A program made the position numbers and the translations under genes. Shown here in pieces: positions 30,946 through 39,567 of a stretch of 64,000 nt of DNA. Position 1 is the stretch's first letter. The number at the start of each line of letters is the position of its first letter. The notes below the pieces were generated by a model that made no database searches, was not told where the DNA came from, and saw only the letters and a list, made by a program, of their open reading frames with translations. Origin of the DNA: Halobacteriovoraceae bacterium (GTDB taxonomy: Bacteria > Bdellovibrionota > Bacteriovoracia > Bacteriovoracales > Bacteriovoracaceae); NCBI GenBank assembly GCA_963719505.1, contig CAVRCF010000005.1:128001-192000 (forward strand). The letters run 5' to 3'.

Positions 30946-31524
30946 ATGAAAATGAGTTTAAAAAAACCGATTATTCTTTTACTGGCCCTCTTCTCACTGA
31001 GCGCATTTGCCGGGCTAAACCTGCATGTAATTGACGAAGATCCCGAAACTGGCTTTGCCATATATAGAACCTCAAAACCCGATAGTGAAGGAATGCGTGA
31101 ACTTTGTAATAAAGGCATCACCGAAATTATGGTTATGAGCGGAAATGCCTCTGAATACGAGGACTTCTACTCATCCGATTGTCCTAATCTTAAAGTAACC
31201 TACAATAAACAAATGAAGGCGAAGGTGCCCATGTCTGCAAGCTTTTTAAAAGAGTTTGATGCTTGGGTAGAAGACGCTCAAAAAAATGGAAAGAAGATCG
31301 CCTTTAGATGTAACTGCGGATGCCACAGAACGGGGCGACTTGCGGCGTACTACCAGATGAAATACCAAAGGCTTTCGGCCATTGATGCTAAGATTATTAT
31401 GAAAAAGCATGGAAAATTTATGTTTCTTTTTCCTTATCTAAAGCCACAGGTTGATGCACTTAAAGACTATATTATGGGACGAGAGTGTTCCACAAAACAA
31501 AAATACTGTGTTCGCGACCTATGA
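30946..31524 (+). CDS. Secreted protein-tyrosine-phosphatase-superfamily protein
   Basis: Signal peptide, IYRT..P, Cx5R motif CNCGCHRTG. Confidence 0.7.
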   Translation: MKMSLKKPIILLLALFSLSAFAGLNLHVIDEDPETGFAIYRTSKPDSEGMRELCNKGITEIMVMSGNASEYEDFYSSDCPNLKVTYNKQMKAKVPMSASFLKEFDAWVEDAQKNGKKIAFRCNCGCHRTGRLAAYYQMKYQRLSAIDAKIIMKKHGKFMFLFPYLKPQVDALKDYIMGRECSTKQKYCVRDL

Positions 31525-31614
31525 AATAAATCTTAATCTTCAGCGACAGCGACCACAGATAAAACCCTAAAATTCTCCGTTTCATATTGGGCAAAAAACC
31601 TCTACACTAGAACA

Positions 31615-32961
31615 GTGAAAAGATGTTATTTGGACGCGATATTCTTTAGTCTCATGGTGGGGCTTGGTGAAACCTATTTTGTGGCCTATGCTATTAAACT
31701 TGGTTTCTCCGATCTTCAAGCAAGTCTCCTTGCGACTTTACCCATGGTGATTGGTGGTGTCTTTCAGCTGTTTGTCCCCAATATAATAAATTTCATTGGC
31801 TCCTACAAGATTTGGACTGTCGGGGGAGCCTTTCTTCAAGCTTTAAGCTTTGTTCCTTTATTTTTAGAATTTGAAATCGTTAAGACTAATTATTGGTTTC
31901 TCTTTTTTATCGTGACCTTGTACTGGATATTTAACTTAGGGATCGGTCCATCTTGGAATACTTGGATTTCAAAGATTATTGATAGAGAAGACCTCGATGA
32001 TTTTTTTACCAAACGAAGTTTTTTCGTGAGCTTTGGCTCTTTAGTTGGGCTCTTTATCGGAGGCTATGCTCTTAGTCACGTTGAATTAGTTGTCGGGCAG
32101 TTTAATTCTTTCTCACTCCTTTTTCTTATGGGCTTTATTTTAAGAACATTGTCTTCTTTAACCTTGGCAACCCATAAGAGTGTCGACTTTGAAAAACAAG
32201 CCTTAAAGTCCATCTCTAAAGCCTATTTTGCCTTTCCCAATCAATATGCTTATTTGAAAAAGATTGTGGCCTTTGTCGTCCTTTTTAAATTTGGTGTTTT
32301 CTTCTCCGCGGGATTTTTCTCGCCTTATATGCTTAGTGTGCTCAATCTCACTTATATTGAATATATGAATATTCTTGGGGCGGCTTTTCTTGGACGAATG
32401 ATCTTTAACCTCCTTGCAAAACGTATGCTCAAGAGGCTAGAGCTCACGAAGGTTCTTTTTTATTCGTGTTTCGGCATTTGTATTATCCCTATCTTATGGG
32501 TTATTTTTAAAGACTATAATACACTTTTATTTTTAGAGGTTTTTACGGGGATTCTTTGGGGTGGCTTTGAGCTGGCCTTTGTTCTCATCTCCTTTAGAGA
32601 AGCGCCTAGTAGTTTTCAGTCATTCTATGTTTCTTATTTTAGTTTTTTCCACGTGATCTTTGGGGCCTTGGGTGTTTTTCTTGGTATTATGGTTTTTAAG
32701 ACTTTTGAAAGCTATGCCAATGTTTACTACCTTATCTTTATCCTCTCCGGTGGATTAAGACTTTTATCCCTTGTCTCCTTTCCTGGATTTAGAGAAATTA
32801 GATTTAAAGACAATATTAAAATGTACTACCGAGTCTGGGCCATTAGACCAAATATGGGATGGATTCAGCGTCCCTCAATTTCGATTATAAATAAAAGTGG
32901 AAAAAGAAATTTGAAGTTTAAAAAATCCAAGCACGATGAGATTGATATTCCAAAAATTTAG
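31615..32961 (+). CDS. MFS transporter
   Basis: About 12 hydrophobic segments in two halves; PSWNTW motif. Confidence 0.8.
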   Translation: MKRCYLDAIFFSLMVGLGETYFVAYAIKLGFSDLQASLLATLPMVIGGVFQLFVPNIINFIGSYKIWTVGGAFLQALSFVPLFLEFEIVKTNYWFLFFIVTLYWIFNLGIGPSWNTWISKIIDREDLDDFFTKRSFFVSFGSLVGLFIGGYALSHVELVVGQFNSFSLLFLMGFILRTLSSLTLATHKSVDFEKQALKSISKAYFAFPNQYAYLKKIVAFVVLFKFGVFFSAGFFSPYMLSVLNLTYIEYMNILGAAFLGRMIFNLLAKRMLKRLELTKVLFYSCFGICIIPILWVIFKDYNTLLFLEVFTGILWGGFELAFVLISFREAPSSFQSFYVSYFSFFHVIFGALGVFLGIMVFKTFESYANVYYLIFILSGGLRLLSLVSFPGFREIRFKDNIKMYYRVWAIRPNMGWIQRPSISIINKSGKRNLKFKKSKHDEIDIPKI

Positions 32962-33773
32962 GACTGGCATTTTGGGCAGTGATAGGTCCCTCTTTGACCT
33001 AGAACGGTCTTAACGACTTGAGTCTTTTTACACTGCTGGCAAATCTTTTGGTAAAAGACAACCAGGTGATTGACTCCGCCTCCCACACTTCCTGTGGTGT
33101 CGGCGTAACCTCCAGCGAAAGTTGTGCCTCCCGTTTCAGTTGCACCATCAATAACCACAAAGACGGCCTCATAGAGCTTTTTTATCTCTTTTGGTTTTAA
33201 AGTCTTAACTTGTCGGTTGGGAAGAACAAAGGCCCTGGCACATATTTCATTGGCGATATAGTTTCCGGTTCCCGCAAAAAGTGATTGATCGAGGAGAGTG
33301 ACTTTTATAAATCTTTCCGGGTATTTTAAAATTTTCTCTTTGAAGTATTCAAAAGTAAAAGTGTTGCTTTTAAGGTCTTCACCAAGTTCGCTGAGTTTCC
33401 TATCAGCGTCCGCTTTTTCATACAGATACATATGACCAAAACGCCTTGGATCGACATAGGCGATAAACACCTTCTCATCGTTATGCATGCCCATAAACTG
33501 CAAGTGTGTGTGTTTTTCGACAACCTTGGTTTTTGATATTCTCCATCCACCGGTCATGCCAAGATGGGAGAGTATATGTCTACTATCTGAGAGAAGGAAA
33601 TTTAGCATCTTACCTTTTCTTTGAACCTCTAAAATGATTTTGCCTTTAAGTTTATCCATTTTGGTGTGGATGATGGAGTCTGAAACACCTGATAGGGCAA
33701 CACTTTTGATCGTGAAGGGTGTGATCAAGTTGAGTTGATTTTTAATTGTTTCGACTTCGGGTAACTCAGGCAT
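32958..33773 (-). CDS. mutM: Formamidopyrimidine-DNA glycosylase / AP lyase
   Basis: MPELPEVE, RKGK, HLGMTG, DPRRFG, LLDQ..AG.GN..A.E, C-terminal CxxC..CPxCQ zinc finger. Confidence 0.97.
   Translation of the reverse strand: MPELPEVETIKNQLNLITPFTIKSVALSGVSDSIIHTKMDKLKGKIILEVQRKGKMLNFLLSDSRHILSHLGMTGGWRISKTKVVEKHTHLQFMGMHNDEKVFIAYVDPRRFGHMYLYEKADADRKLSELGEDLKSNTFTFEYFKEKILKYPERFIKVTLLDQSLFAGTGNYIANEICARAFVLPNRQVKTLKPKEIKKLYEAVFVVIDGATETGGTTFAGGYADTTGSVGGGVNHLVVFYQKICQQCKKTQVVKTVLGQRGTYHCPKCQS
33757..33763. repeat. att core, left junction (TCGGGTA)
   Basis: Identical 7-mer at 48667-48673, within mutM codons 4-6. Confidence 0.8.
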
Positions 33774-33803
33774 ATCTTTCTAACCTTCTGAAAATACTGA
33801 TTG

Positions 33804-33812
33804 ATTATAGCA
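33804..33812 (-). promoter_or_regulatory. Extended -10 promoter (TGCTATAAT) supplied by the island upstream of mutM
   Basis: Minus strand reads TG-C-TATAAT about 30 bp before the mutM ATG. Confidence 0.65.
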
Positions 33813-33824
33813 CTTTATCACTCT

Positions 33825-33853
33825 ATGCCATCCCATGCCAGCCGTATGCCAGC
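33825..33853. repeat. ATGCCA(G/T)C x3; putative Int arm-type sites (inverted copy at 33911-33918)
   Basis: atgccatc 33825, atgccagc 33835 and 33846; same motif at 48530 and 48539. Confidence 0.7.
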
Positions 33854-33859
33854 AAAAAG

Positions 33860-35134
33860 CTAAGAATCTGTGCCATTTTTGTAGTTTGATAGTGAAATAA
33901 CATTAGAAAAGCTGGCATGAGTTTCCTCTTCCTTTCTAGTTTTCTTTCTAATATGTTCCATTATCATTTGCGAGAAATGCTTTTGATCATCTTCATTACT
34001 TTTTGAATAGTGATCAGCAAGTTTTAAATCCTTATGGCCTGTCATCGCTATTACCGCGTCTAGGCCACCACCAATTTTACGAGCAAGCTTCGCCATCCCA
34101 TGTCTAAGAATATGAGTACCCGAATAGGGAACTCCACTTTTTCTTTGAGCTTCACGGTAGTTTAGCTGAATTGTGCCGTAGTTTAATGGATTGCCTTCTA
34201 CATGAAAAACAAAGTCACAGCCATGTACTCTAAATGCATCACGCTTAGTTAGAATTTCCATGATTTCATCAGTAATGAAAACAGGACGTGATTCTTTATT
34301 TTTTGGAAATGCTTTTAGCTCTAAAAAAGTCTTGTTACTCGGATGAAAAATACTCGTGTGTTTGATCATCATTCTTCTATTTTTCATATCAATATTGCTC
34401 CACTGAATTCCGCATATCTCTCCGATACGTCCAGCACAGTAAAACTGCATTTGTGCCAACTCTCTATAAAGAGGTGGTAGATAATCAAAAAATAAAAGAG
34501 CACTATCAAGATCAATTTGTTTTCTCTTATCCGGTACAGGTCTGATAAAACCAAGCTTTCGATGCTTGGTCTTAATTGGACATGTTAGTAACATGGCTTC
34601 TTTTTCAAATTCTTCACTTTGCTTGTACCAATTAAAAATTGTGACCAGAAGATTTAACTCATTATTGAGATTACATCTTCTAGCATTTCCTCTACCTGAT
34701 TCTAGATACTGTTCACTTTTAAAGTATTCTACAGTCTTGTTTACCCATGCCGTTATTTTTGAAGGAGTGATCCTGTCCATAGGTAAATGCTCAATACTCT
34801 TTAAAAGATGATAGCGTCTAAGCCAAATAGTTTTTGTACTGGTTGCAAGGGTCGGGAAGTGATGCTTTTGCATCACCTCCCACACTTCCCTTAATGTTGA
34901 AAAACTTGAATTTAATTCATTGTTTGAATTTGCTGTTGTTTTGGAATACGAGATTCCATCAAATGTTTTGCGCCACTGCTTTGCTTCAAATAAAGTCTCA
35001 AAAGTTTCTTGGAACTGCTTGCCATTGATTTTTTTCATAGCAAGATAGGTTCCAGACTTTTGATACTTATAGATTGCAGTTGCATTTTTTACTTTTACGT
35101 AACCTTTTTTACTCATAGTTCTCCTTTGAGCCAA
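33860..35134 (-). CDS. int: Tyrosine recombinase / integrase
   Basis: R (GRIGEI), HILRH, GH and catalytic Y (LADHYS); N-terminal arm-binding-like extension. Confidence 0.93.
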   Translation of the reverse strand: MAQRRTMSKKGYVKVKNATAIYKYQKSGTYLAMKKINGKQFQETFETLFEAKQWRKTFDGISYSKTTANSNNELNSSFSTLREVWEVMQKHHFPTLATSTKTIWLRRYHLLKSIEHLPMDRITPSKITAWVNKTVEYFKSEQYLESGRGNARRCNLNNELNLLVTIFNWYKQSEEFEKEAMLLTCPIKTKHRKLGFIRPVPDKRKQIDLDSALLFFDYLPPLYRELAQMQFYCAGRIGEICGIQWSNIDMKNRRMMIKHTSIFHPSNKTFLELKAFPKNKESRPVFITDEIMEILTKRDAFRVHGCDFVFHVEGNPLNYGTIQLNYREAQRKSGVPYSGTHILRHGMAKLARKIGGGLDAVIAMTGHKDLKLADHYSKSNEDDQKHFSQMIMEHIRKKTRKEEETHASFSNVISLSNYKNGTDS

Positions 35135-35361
35135 CTAATGACTTCACTAGGAATGAACCAGAGCCTTCCGCGCTTTTTTCTATATGGTATATCGCCTTCA
35201 GATACTAAGTTATAAATGGTTCCCTTAGAATACCTTGTAAAGCGAGCTACCTCATCAATACCCCATATTAATTTGTCAAAGAACACTTCCGTTGTACGGA
35301 TATCACTAGGGTTATGATCATAGCTTAAATTCCCAGAATTGTAATTATTTTTGTAAACCAT
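35113..35361 (-). CDS. Excisionase-like HTH (HTH_17/AlpA) protein
   Basis: IDEVARFTRYSKGTIYNLVSEGDIP..K..GRLWF. Confidence 0.85.
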   Translation of the reverse strand: MVYKNNYNSGNLSYDHNPSDIRTTEVFFDKLIWGIDEVARFTRYSKGTIYNLVSEGDIPYRKKRGRLWFIPSEVISWLKGEL

Positions 35362-35551
35362 TCACTTCCTTTGATTTAGAGTGTTTAGTTGTTTTATTCT
35401 TAAAATGCTCCATGACTTCATCATAAGAAAAGCGGATATGTTTCCCCATTTTTATATAGGGAATTTCATCCTTACTTATCCAGTAGTAGATCGTATTAAC
35501 GGGAACATTAACAAGACTTGCTAACTCCTTTGGAGAAAGATTATTCTTCAA
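35345..35551 (-). CDS. Second excisionase-like HTH (HTH_17) protein
   Basis: LSPKELASLVNVPVNTIYYWI...IP..K.GKHIRF; TTG start with AAGGAG RBS. Confidence 0.85.
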   Translation of the reverse strand: MKNNLSPKELASLVNVPVNTIYYWISKDEIPYIKMGKHIRFSYDEVMEHFKNKTTKHSKSKEVNGLQK

Positions 35552-35900
35552 ATTTAATCTCCTTTCCCCATACGGGATTTGAGTAGCGCTTACCATCAAA
35601 ATCCATTTTTACAGGTAAAAGTCTGTCCTCGTAACAATCAGCCTCCCACTGATCCCATTGAAACCATTTGATCTGATTATGAGGAACGTTTCTCAAATTA
35701 TGCATTCTTACGTCTGATGCAAAATTTTCAAAGTTCATTTCTAGTCCAATCCCTTTATAGTTTTTATCTCTGGATTTAAATAAAATGATCTCGTACCCTG
35801 TATCCGTTTTTATTATTTTGTGACCGTACTTTCTTTTTTGCCCTGCTTTATTCCACGTAACTTCTTCTGTATGATATTTTAGATTTTCTTTTGTTGGCAT
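35541..35900 (-). CDS. Hypothetical protein, first gene of the xis-xis-int run
   Basis: 119-aa ORF with RBS, overlapping the next gene. Confidence 0.7.
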   Translation of the reverse strand: MPTKENLKYHTEEVTWNKAGQKRKYGHKIIKTDTGYEIILFKSRDKNYKGIGLEMNFENFASDVRMHNLRNVPHNQIKWFQWDQWEADCYEDRLLPVKMDFDGKRYSNPVWGKEIKFEE

Positions 35901-35926
35901 ATATTTTCCCTTGTCTAATCGGCCCG

Positions 35927-35976
35927 CTTTCTGACCTCCTTCTCCAAGTTTACGTAGCGAGAGGGAGGTCAGAAAG
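35927..35976. other. 18-bp inverted repeat with a 14-nt loop
   Basis: ctttctgacctccttctc / gagagggaggtcagaaag, one mismatch; weaker pairing extends outward. Confidence 0.75.
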
Positions 35977-36246
35977 TAAGGGTCGAAAAAGTTAATAATT
36001 TAAAAGATTTGCCAACTAAAGCATAAAGGTATTGGAACGCAGTGGATGCGTATTACCCTATGAGTAGATTGGCATTCTCTCTTTCTATATATTTAATAAT
36101 TGTTTTAAACTCGTCTCATATCCTCGGTGCAAGGCCTTAGAGTTTATTAAATTAAATGTCTGATTATTAAAGTCTTTTTCATAAATAAAGATGAACTTGT
36201 CTGTATTTATTTCTTTTCTAAGTTCTGGATTGGACCCCGTTTTAGG

Positions 36247-37050
36247 CTACCTTTGATTTTCTAATAAATACTCTTTCGGGCTCAACATGCCAAGCCCTGA
36301 ATGAGGTGCTATTTCATTATAATCTTTCATCCAACCCTTGATCATCTTCAGCACTACATCCGCACTGTAACAGTCGCTGTTGTAGACATAGTCTCGCTTG
36401 ATCGTTTTCACAAAAGCTTCACTCATTCCATTTGATTCTGGGCTATAGGCAGCTGTATAACAGCTTTTTAAACCAAGATGGTTCGCCAAATTCTTAACAG
36501 AATGGGCTCGATAAATACTTCCTCTATCCGATAAAAATTCTATCGTTCTCAAAGTTTTGTAATCTTTAAACCTGTATTTAACTGCTTTCAGCATCAGACT
36601 CTCAATATCAGTCGCAAGCAGTGGTGATTTTGAAGCTACAAATGAGAGAACCTCTCTGTCACATGTATCTAAAACAAAAGAAACAAAAACTTTTTCTCCG
36701 TTAAAGCACTTAATCTCAAAACAATCACTGCACCACCTTGTATTTGAATGCAGAGTCATTACTTTGCCAGTTGGAGTGTGAGTTCTCGTCACAGCAGACT
36801 TTGGAAGAAGAAGTCCATTCACTCTCATGATCCTGTAGATACGCTTCTTATTAAGCCTTGGATGCCCCAGAGTAAGTCGAAGACGATTGACCATGGCCGT
36901 AACTCGTTTATAACCATAAGTTGGTCGTAAGGAAACAATTGACCTAATCTGGCTTAGTATTTCTCCATCTTCAGCTTTAAAGTAAAATTTCTTTGAGCTA
37001 GTCGTTTTATAAATTGATTTTGAGTGGACTCCAAACATTTCACAGATCAT
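36247..37050 (-). CDS. IS3-family transposase OrfB (DDE)
   Basis: YGYKR, WCSD, DTCDRE, SDRG, SPESNGMSE.F..TIK, YN..PHS.L. Confidence 0.95.
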   Translation of the reverse strand: MICEMFGVHSKSIYKTTSSKKFYFKAEDGEILSQIRSIVSLRPTYGYKRVTAMVNRLRLTLGHPRLNKKRIYRIMRVNGLLLPKSAVTRTHTPTGKVMTLHSNTRWCSDCFEIKCFNGEKVFVSFVLDTCDREVLSFVASKSPLLATDIESLMLKAVKYRFKDYKTLRTIEFLSDRGSIYRAHSVKNLANHLGLKSCYTAAYSPESNGMSEAFVKTIKRDYVYNSDCYSADVVLKMIKGWMKDYNEIAPHSGLGMLSPKEYLLENQR

Positions 37051-37412
37051 TTTTTTTGATCCTTTCTTTTTGAGTTTGATGAATTCTTTTGCTCGATCAA
37101 CTCCTGTTCCAAGATCTTTTTTTTATAAAAATCGATGATATCCTGAGCGACCTCTTCTCTGAGGGTAGATTCACCAACTTTCTTGAGTAGTTTATCTTTG
37201 TCTTTTTTAAGTTGATCAATTTGTTTCAAAAGGTCAGCAACATCGATATTAGTATCAGGTTTGTCTTTCATAGCTCTTTTCCATTGGTATAAAGTTACTG
37301 CATTTATATCATGGACTCGTGCTAAAACTGAAATTGGAACACCTTTTGAACGATGTTCCTGTAGAATTTGGATTTTTTGATCTTCGGTAAATCTTCTTCT
37401 TTTTCTTTCCAT
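37047..37412 (-). CDS. IS3-family transposase OrfA (HTH)
   Basis: RRRFT..QK..I, LYQWK, leucine-zipper-like tail, A AAA AAG slippery site. Confidence 0.93.
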   Translation of the reverse strand: MERKRRRFTEDQKIQILQEHRSKGVPISVLARVHDINAVTLYQWKRAMKDKPDTNIDVADLLKQIDQLKKDKDKLLKKVGESTLREEVAQDIIDFYKKKILEQELIEQKNSSNSKRKDQKK

Positions 37413-37722
37413 TTTTTCCTCCGTTAAGAGGTAGCCGTCAAAAGGGGGTCACGAACAAAAAGTTCTTCACATAAAAATTTATTTTCTTCTCTGTCACGGC
37501 ACTTGAACATTATCCATCTTTGATTTCTGTTCATGGCCGCTTCAAGATCAGGGTGTAAGCTCATAATTTAACCTAATTTTGTTACCTTCAATGTACTAGT
37601 GCCAAGAAATCCAAAAACATCATCGAAAAACTTGGAAGAACTTAAATAAAATTAGATTATCTCATGAAAATTAGGTACTTATATATACGGGAAAGTTGTT
37701 CTTGCATTGAGTTAGGGGGAGT

Positions 37723-38196
37723 ATGTTAGATTTATACAGAAGGTTTAGAGTTAAAAAATTTTATGATGAATTTTATAAAACAAAGACTGAGTCTGGGAAA
37801 AAACTGGGAAAGTGCTTACCTACTTGGATTTATAAACATGACATAAAGTGTTGGACTAATAACATGCTAGCTGACTCTATTAAGTGCTATGTTCAAGATA
37901 ATATGACAGCTTTTAGGAATGACGGAATTGTTCCATATATACAGGGGGAGCAGAACCGTCGAGGGAACATTAGATTTTTAATTATTAACTCATTACTTTC
38001 ATTAATCGTTCTTTCTATTTCTCTTTTGGTATCTGTAAGATTATCGAATGATGATTCAAGTTTTGAAAAGGAATGGCTACAAGAGCAGAAAAGACAACAT
38101 GCTGAGAGTATAAAATATTTAGAAAATATAAGTGATAAGTTTTCGATTTCTGATAAAAAATTAATTAAAAGTAATATAAAGAAGAAAATAAAATAA
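37723..38196 (+). CDS. Hypothetical membrane-anchored protein
   Basis: 157-aa ORF, GGGGAG RBS, one TM segment. Confidence 0.65.
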   Translation: MLDLYRRFRVKKFYDEFYKTKTESGKKLGKCLPTWIYKHDIKCWTNNMLADSIKCYVQDNMTAFRNDGIVPYIQGEQNRRGNIRFLIINSLLSLIVLSISLLVSVRLSNDDSSFEKEWLQEQKRQHAESIKYLENISDKFSISDKKLIKSNIKKKIK

Positions 38197-38208
38197 TAAA
38201 TACTTAGG

Positions 38209-38637
38209 TTAAGCTTCCATCAAATGAATTTCAGAATACAGGGAGTTTTTTGCAGGTACTTTCTGAACTGGTTTTCTTAAAACTTCAATAGCTTTTTGGA
38301 AAATTTCAATTAGCATTGGCTTGTCGTATTCTTCATGAATAGCAGTAATAACATCAACCTTCCAACCATCTTTATCTTTAAAAGCTGGGAGAGTAAGTAG
38401 GCGATGAATGATAGGTGTATCTAGCGACTCATCGCTTTTTACACATTCTAATAAAAATAAAAGTGAATCTAGGCGCTTTCCAACTTTGTTATCTAAGATT
38501 TCTTTGAAAGGACGTTCAATATTTTGAGAAAGGGCCACACTAGATACACCAATATAGCGTGCGACAACCTTGTGAGATGAATCTCCGAGTAATAGTCTGA
38601 TACGATCTACCACTTCTCTTGTTAATACGTTTTTCAT
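38209..38637 (-). CDS. HTH protein, putative antitoxin/regulator (Xre/MbcA-like architecture)
   Basis: N-terminal HKVVARYIGVSSVALSQN helix-turn-helix; palindrome over its promoter. Confidence 0.6.
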   Translation of the reverse strand: MKNVLTREVVDRIRLLLGDSSHKVVARYIGVSSVALSQNIERPFKEILDNKVGKRLDSLLFLLECVKSDESLDTPIIHRLLTLPAFKDKDGWKVDVITAIHEEYDKPMLIEIFQKAIEVLRKPVQKVPAKNSLYSEIHLMEA

Positions 38638-38685
38638 AATGAAGTCCTTATCTTTCTACACAGCCTTTCGGCTTATAAAATATAT

Positions 38686-38723
38686 AGCTTTAACAAAATA
38701 CCACCTTTTGTTAAAGCTGTCAA
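38686..38723 (-). promoter_or_regulatory. Sigma70-like promoter overlapped by a perfect 13-bp inverted repeat (operator)
   Basis: AGCTTTAACAAAA-N7-TTTTGTTAAAGCT at 38686-38718; minus strand TTGACA-17bp-TATTTT. Confidence 0.7.
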
Positions 38724-38786
38724 TGTTGTGTTGTAATTTCAGGTAGTTATTGATAATCTTTAATGGTCTAACTTATTGGAAATACG

Positions 38787-39482
38787 ATGGCTTATAATAT
38801 TATTTATTCAAGAACATTTTTGGAGAAGGTTTCTAACTGGCCTGAGAGTTTGAGAAAAATGGCATTCGAAGCAGCAGAGCACGCAGCATTAGATCCCAGT
38901 TTAAATGATTATAAAAGGCCTTATTTAACTCCCTATAGACAAAAGCATCCAACAACAGACCATCAATATACATTGTACTTTTTAGAACTTTCAACTACAG
39001 AAATATTTATTGCTTGGATCAATGATAGTACATGCTTGCATGACACAAGAAATAAGCAAACAGACCCGTGTTTAAAGGAGTTTGAAAAACTTCAGGCACA
39101 AGGCTCTATTGAAAACTTTGATCCAAAATACCACCAAATTGTTTTTGAGGTTCATCCAGACGTATCTAAGCCCATTAGATGTCGCTCGCAGTTTTTAGGC
39201 CATGAGACATATTTGAATACATACTTAGACTCCAGTATCCCTGCTTTTGTTGGCCATGCTTTTAATTGTGATGAACCGAATACCGATATCGCTAAAAGAC
39301 ATGTTAAAGAATTCTTAAGTGAGCTTCATTCTTCTCTTACGTCTTCATCGAAAGAGTTAGAGATTCATCTTGATAAAAAAAGTCACCTTCATGAAATTAT
39401 GCTTCTAACTGAAGGCCATAATCAAAATCAATGGGAGATTATAGCAGATCCAGATGATTTCATTTTAAAGAAGAAATCTTAA
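38787..39482 (+). CDS. Putative YhaV/RelE-like toxin domain with an extra C-terminal domain
   Basis: QYTLYF...IFIAWIND..L..DP...F resembles the YhaV C-terminal pattern (LFFR...IIxAWVND..T.R...D.Y.VF). Confidence 0.55.
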   Translation: MAYNIIYSRTFLEKVSNWPESLRKMAFEAAEHAALDPSLNDYKRPYLTPYRQKHPTTDHQYTLYFLELSTTEIFIAWINDSTCLHDTRNKQTDPCLKEFEKLQAQGSIENFDPKYHQIVFEVHPDVSKPIRCRSQFLGHETYLNTYLDSSIPAFVGHAFNCDEPNTDIAKRHVKEFLSELHSSLTSSSKELEIHLDKKSHLHEIMLLTEGHNQNQWEIIADPDDFILKKKS

Positions 39483-39567
39483 ATATATACCTTTAACTGA
39501 TGAAATATATTTGTCAGGTGTTAAGATAAATTAATTTTTTGCTTTGGCCCCCAATTCAGTAGACACT

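Larger units (their letters stand above)
36226..37457 (-). mobile_element. IS3-family (IS2-like) element A, copy 1 (1232 bp)
   Basis: Ends TGTTCGTGACCCCCTTTT and TGGATTGGACCCCGTTTT; orfA/orfB; near-identical copy at 45950-47180. Confidence 0.95.
36053..37564 (-). pseudogene. Small (~90 aa) hypothetical gene split by an IS
   Basis: MSLHPDLE...LCEEL (37564 to ~37460) continues in frame as ELRKEINTDK...LLIG* (36225-36053); GAACTT is duplicated. Confidence 0.65.
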
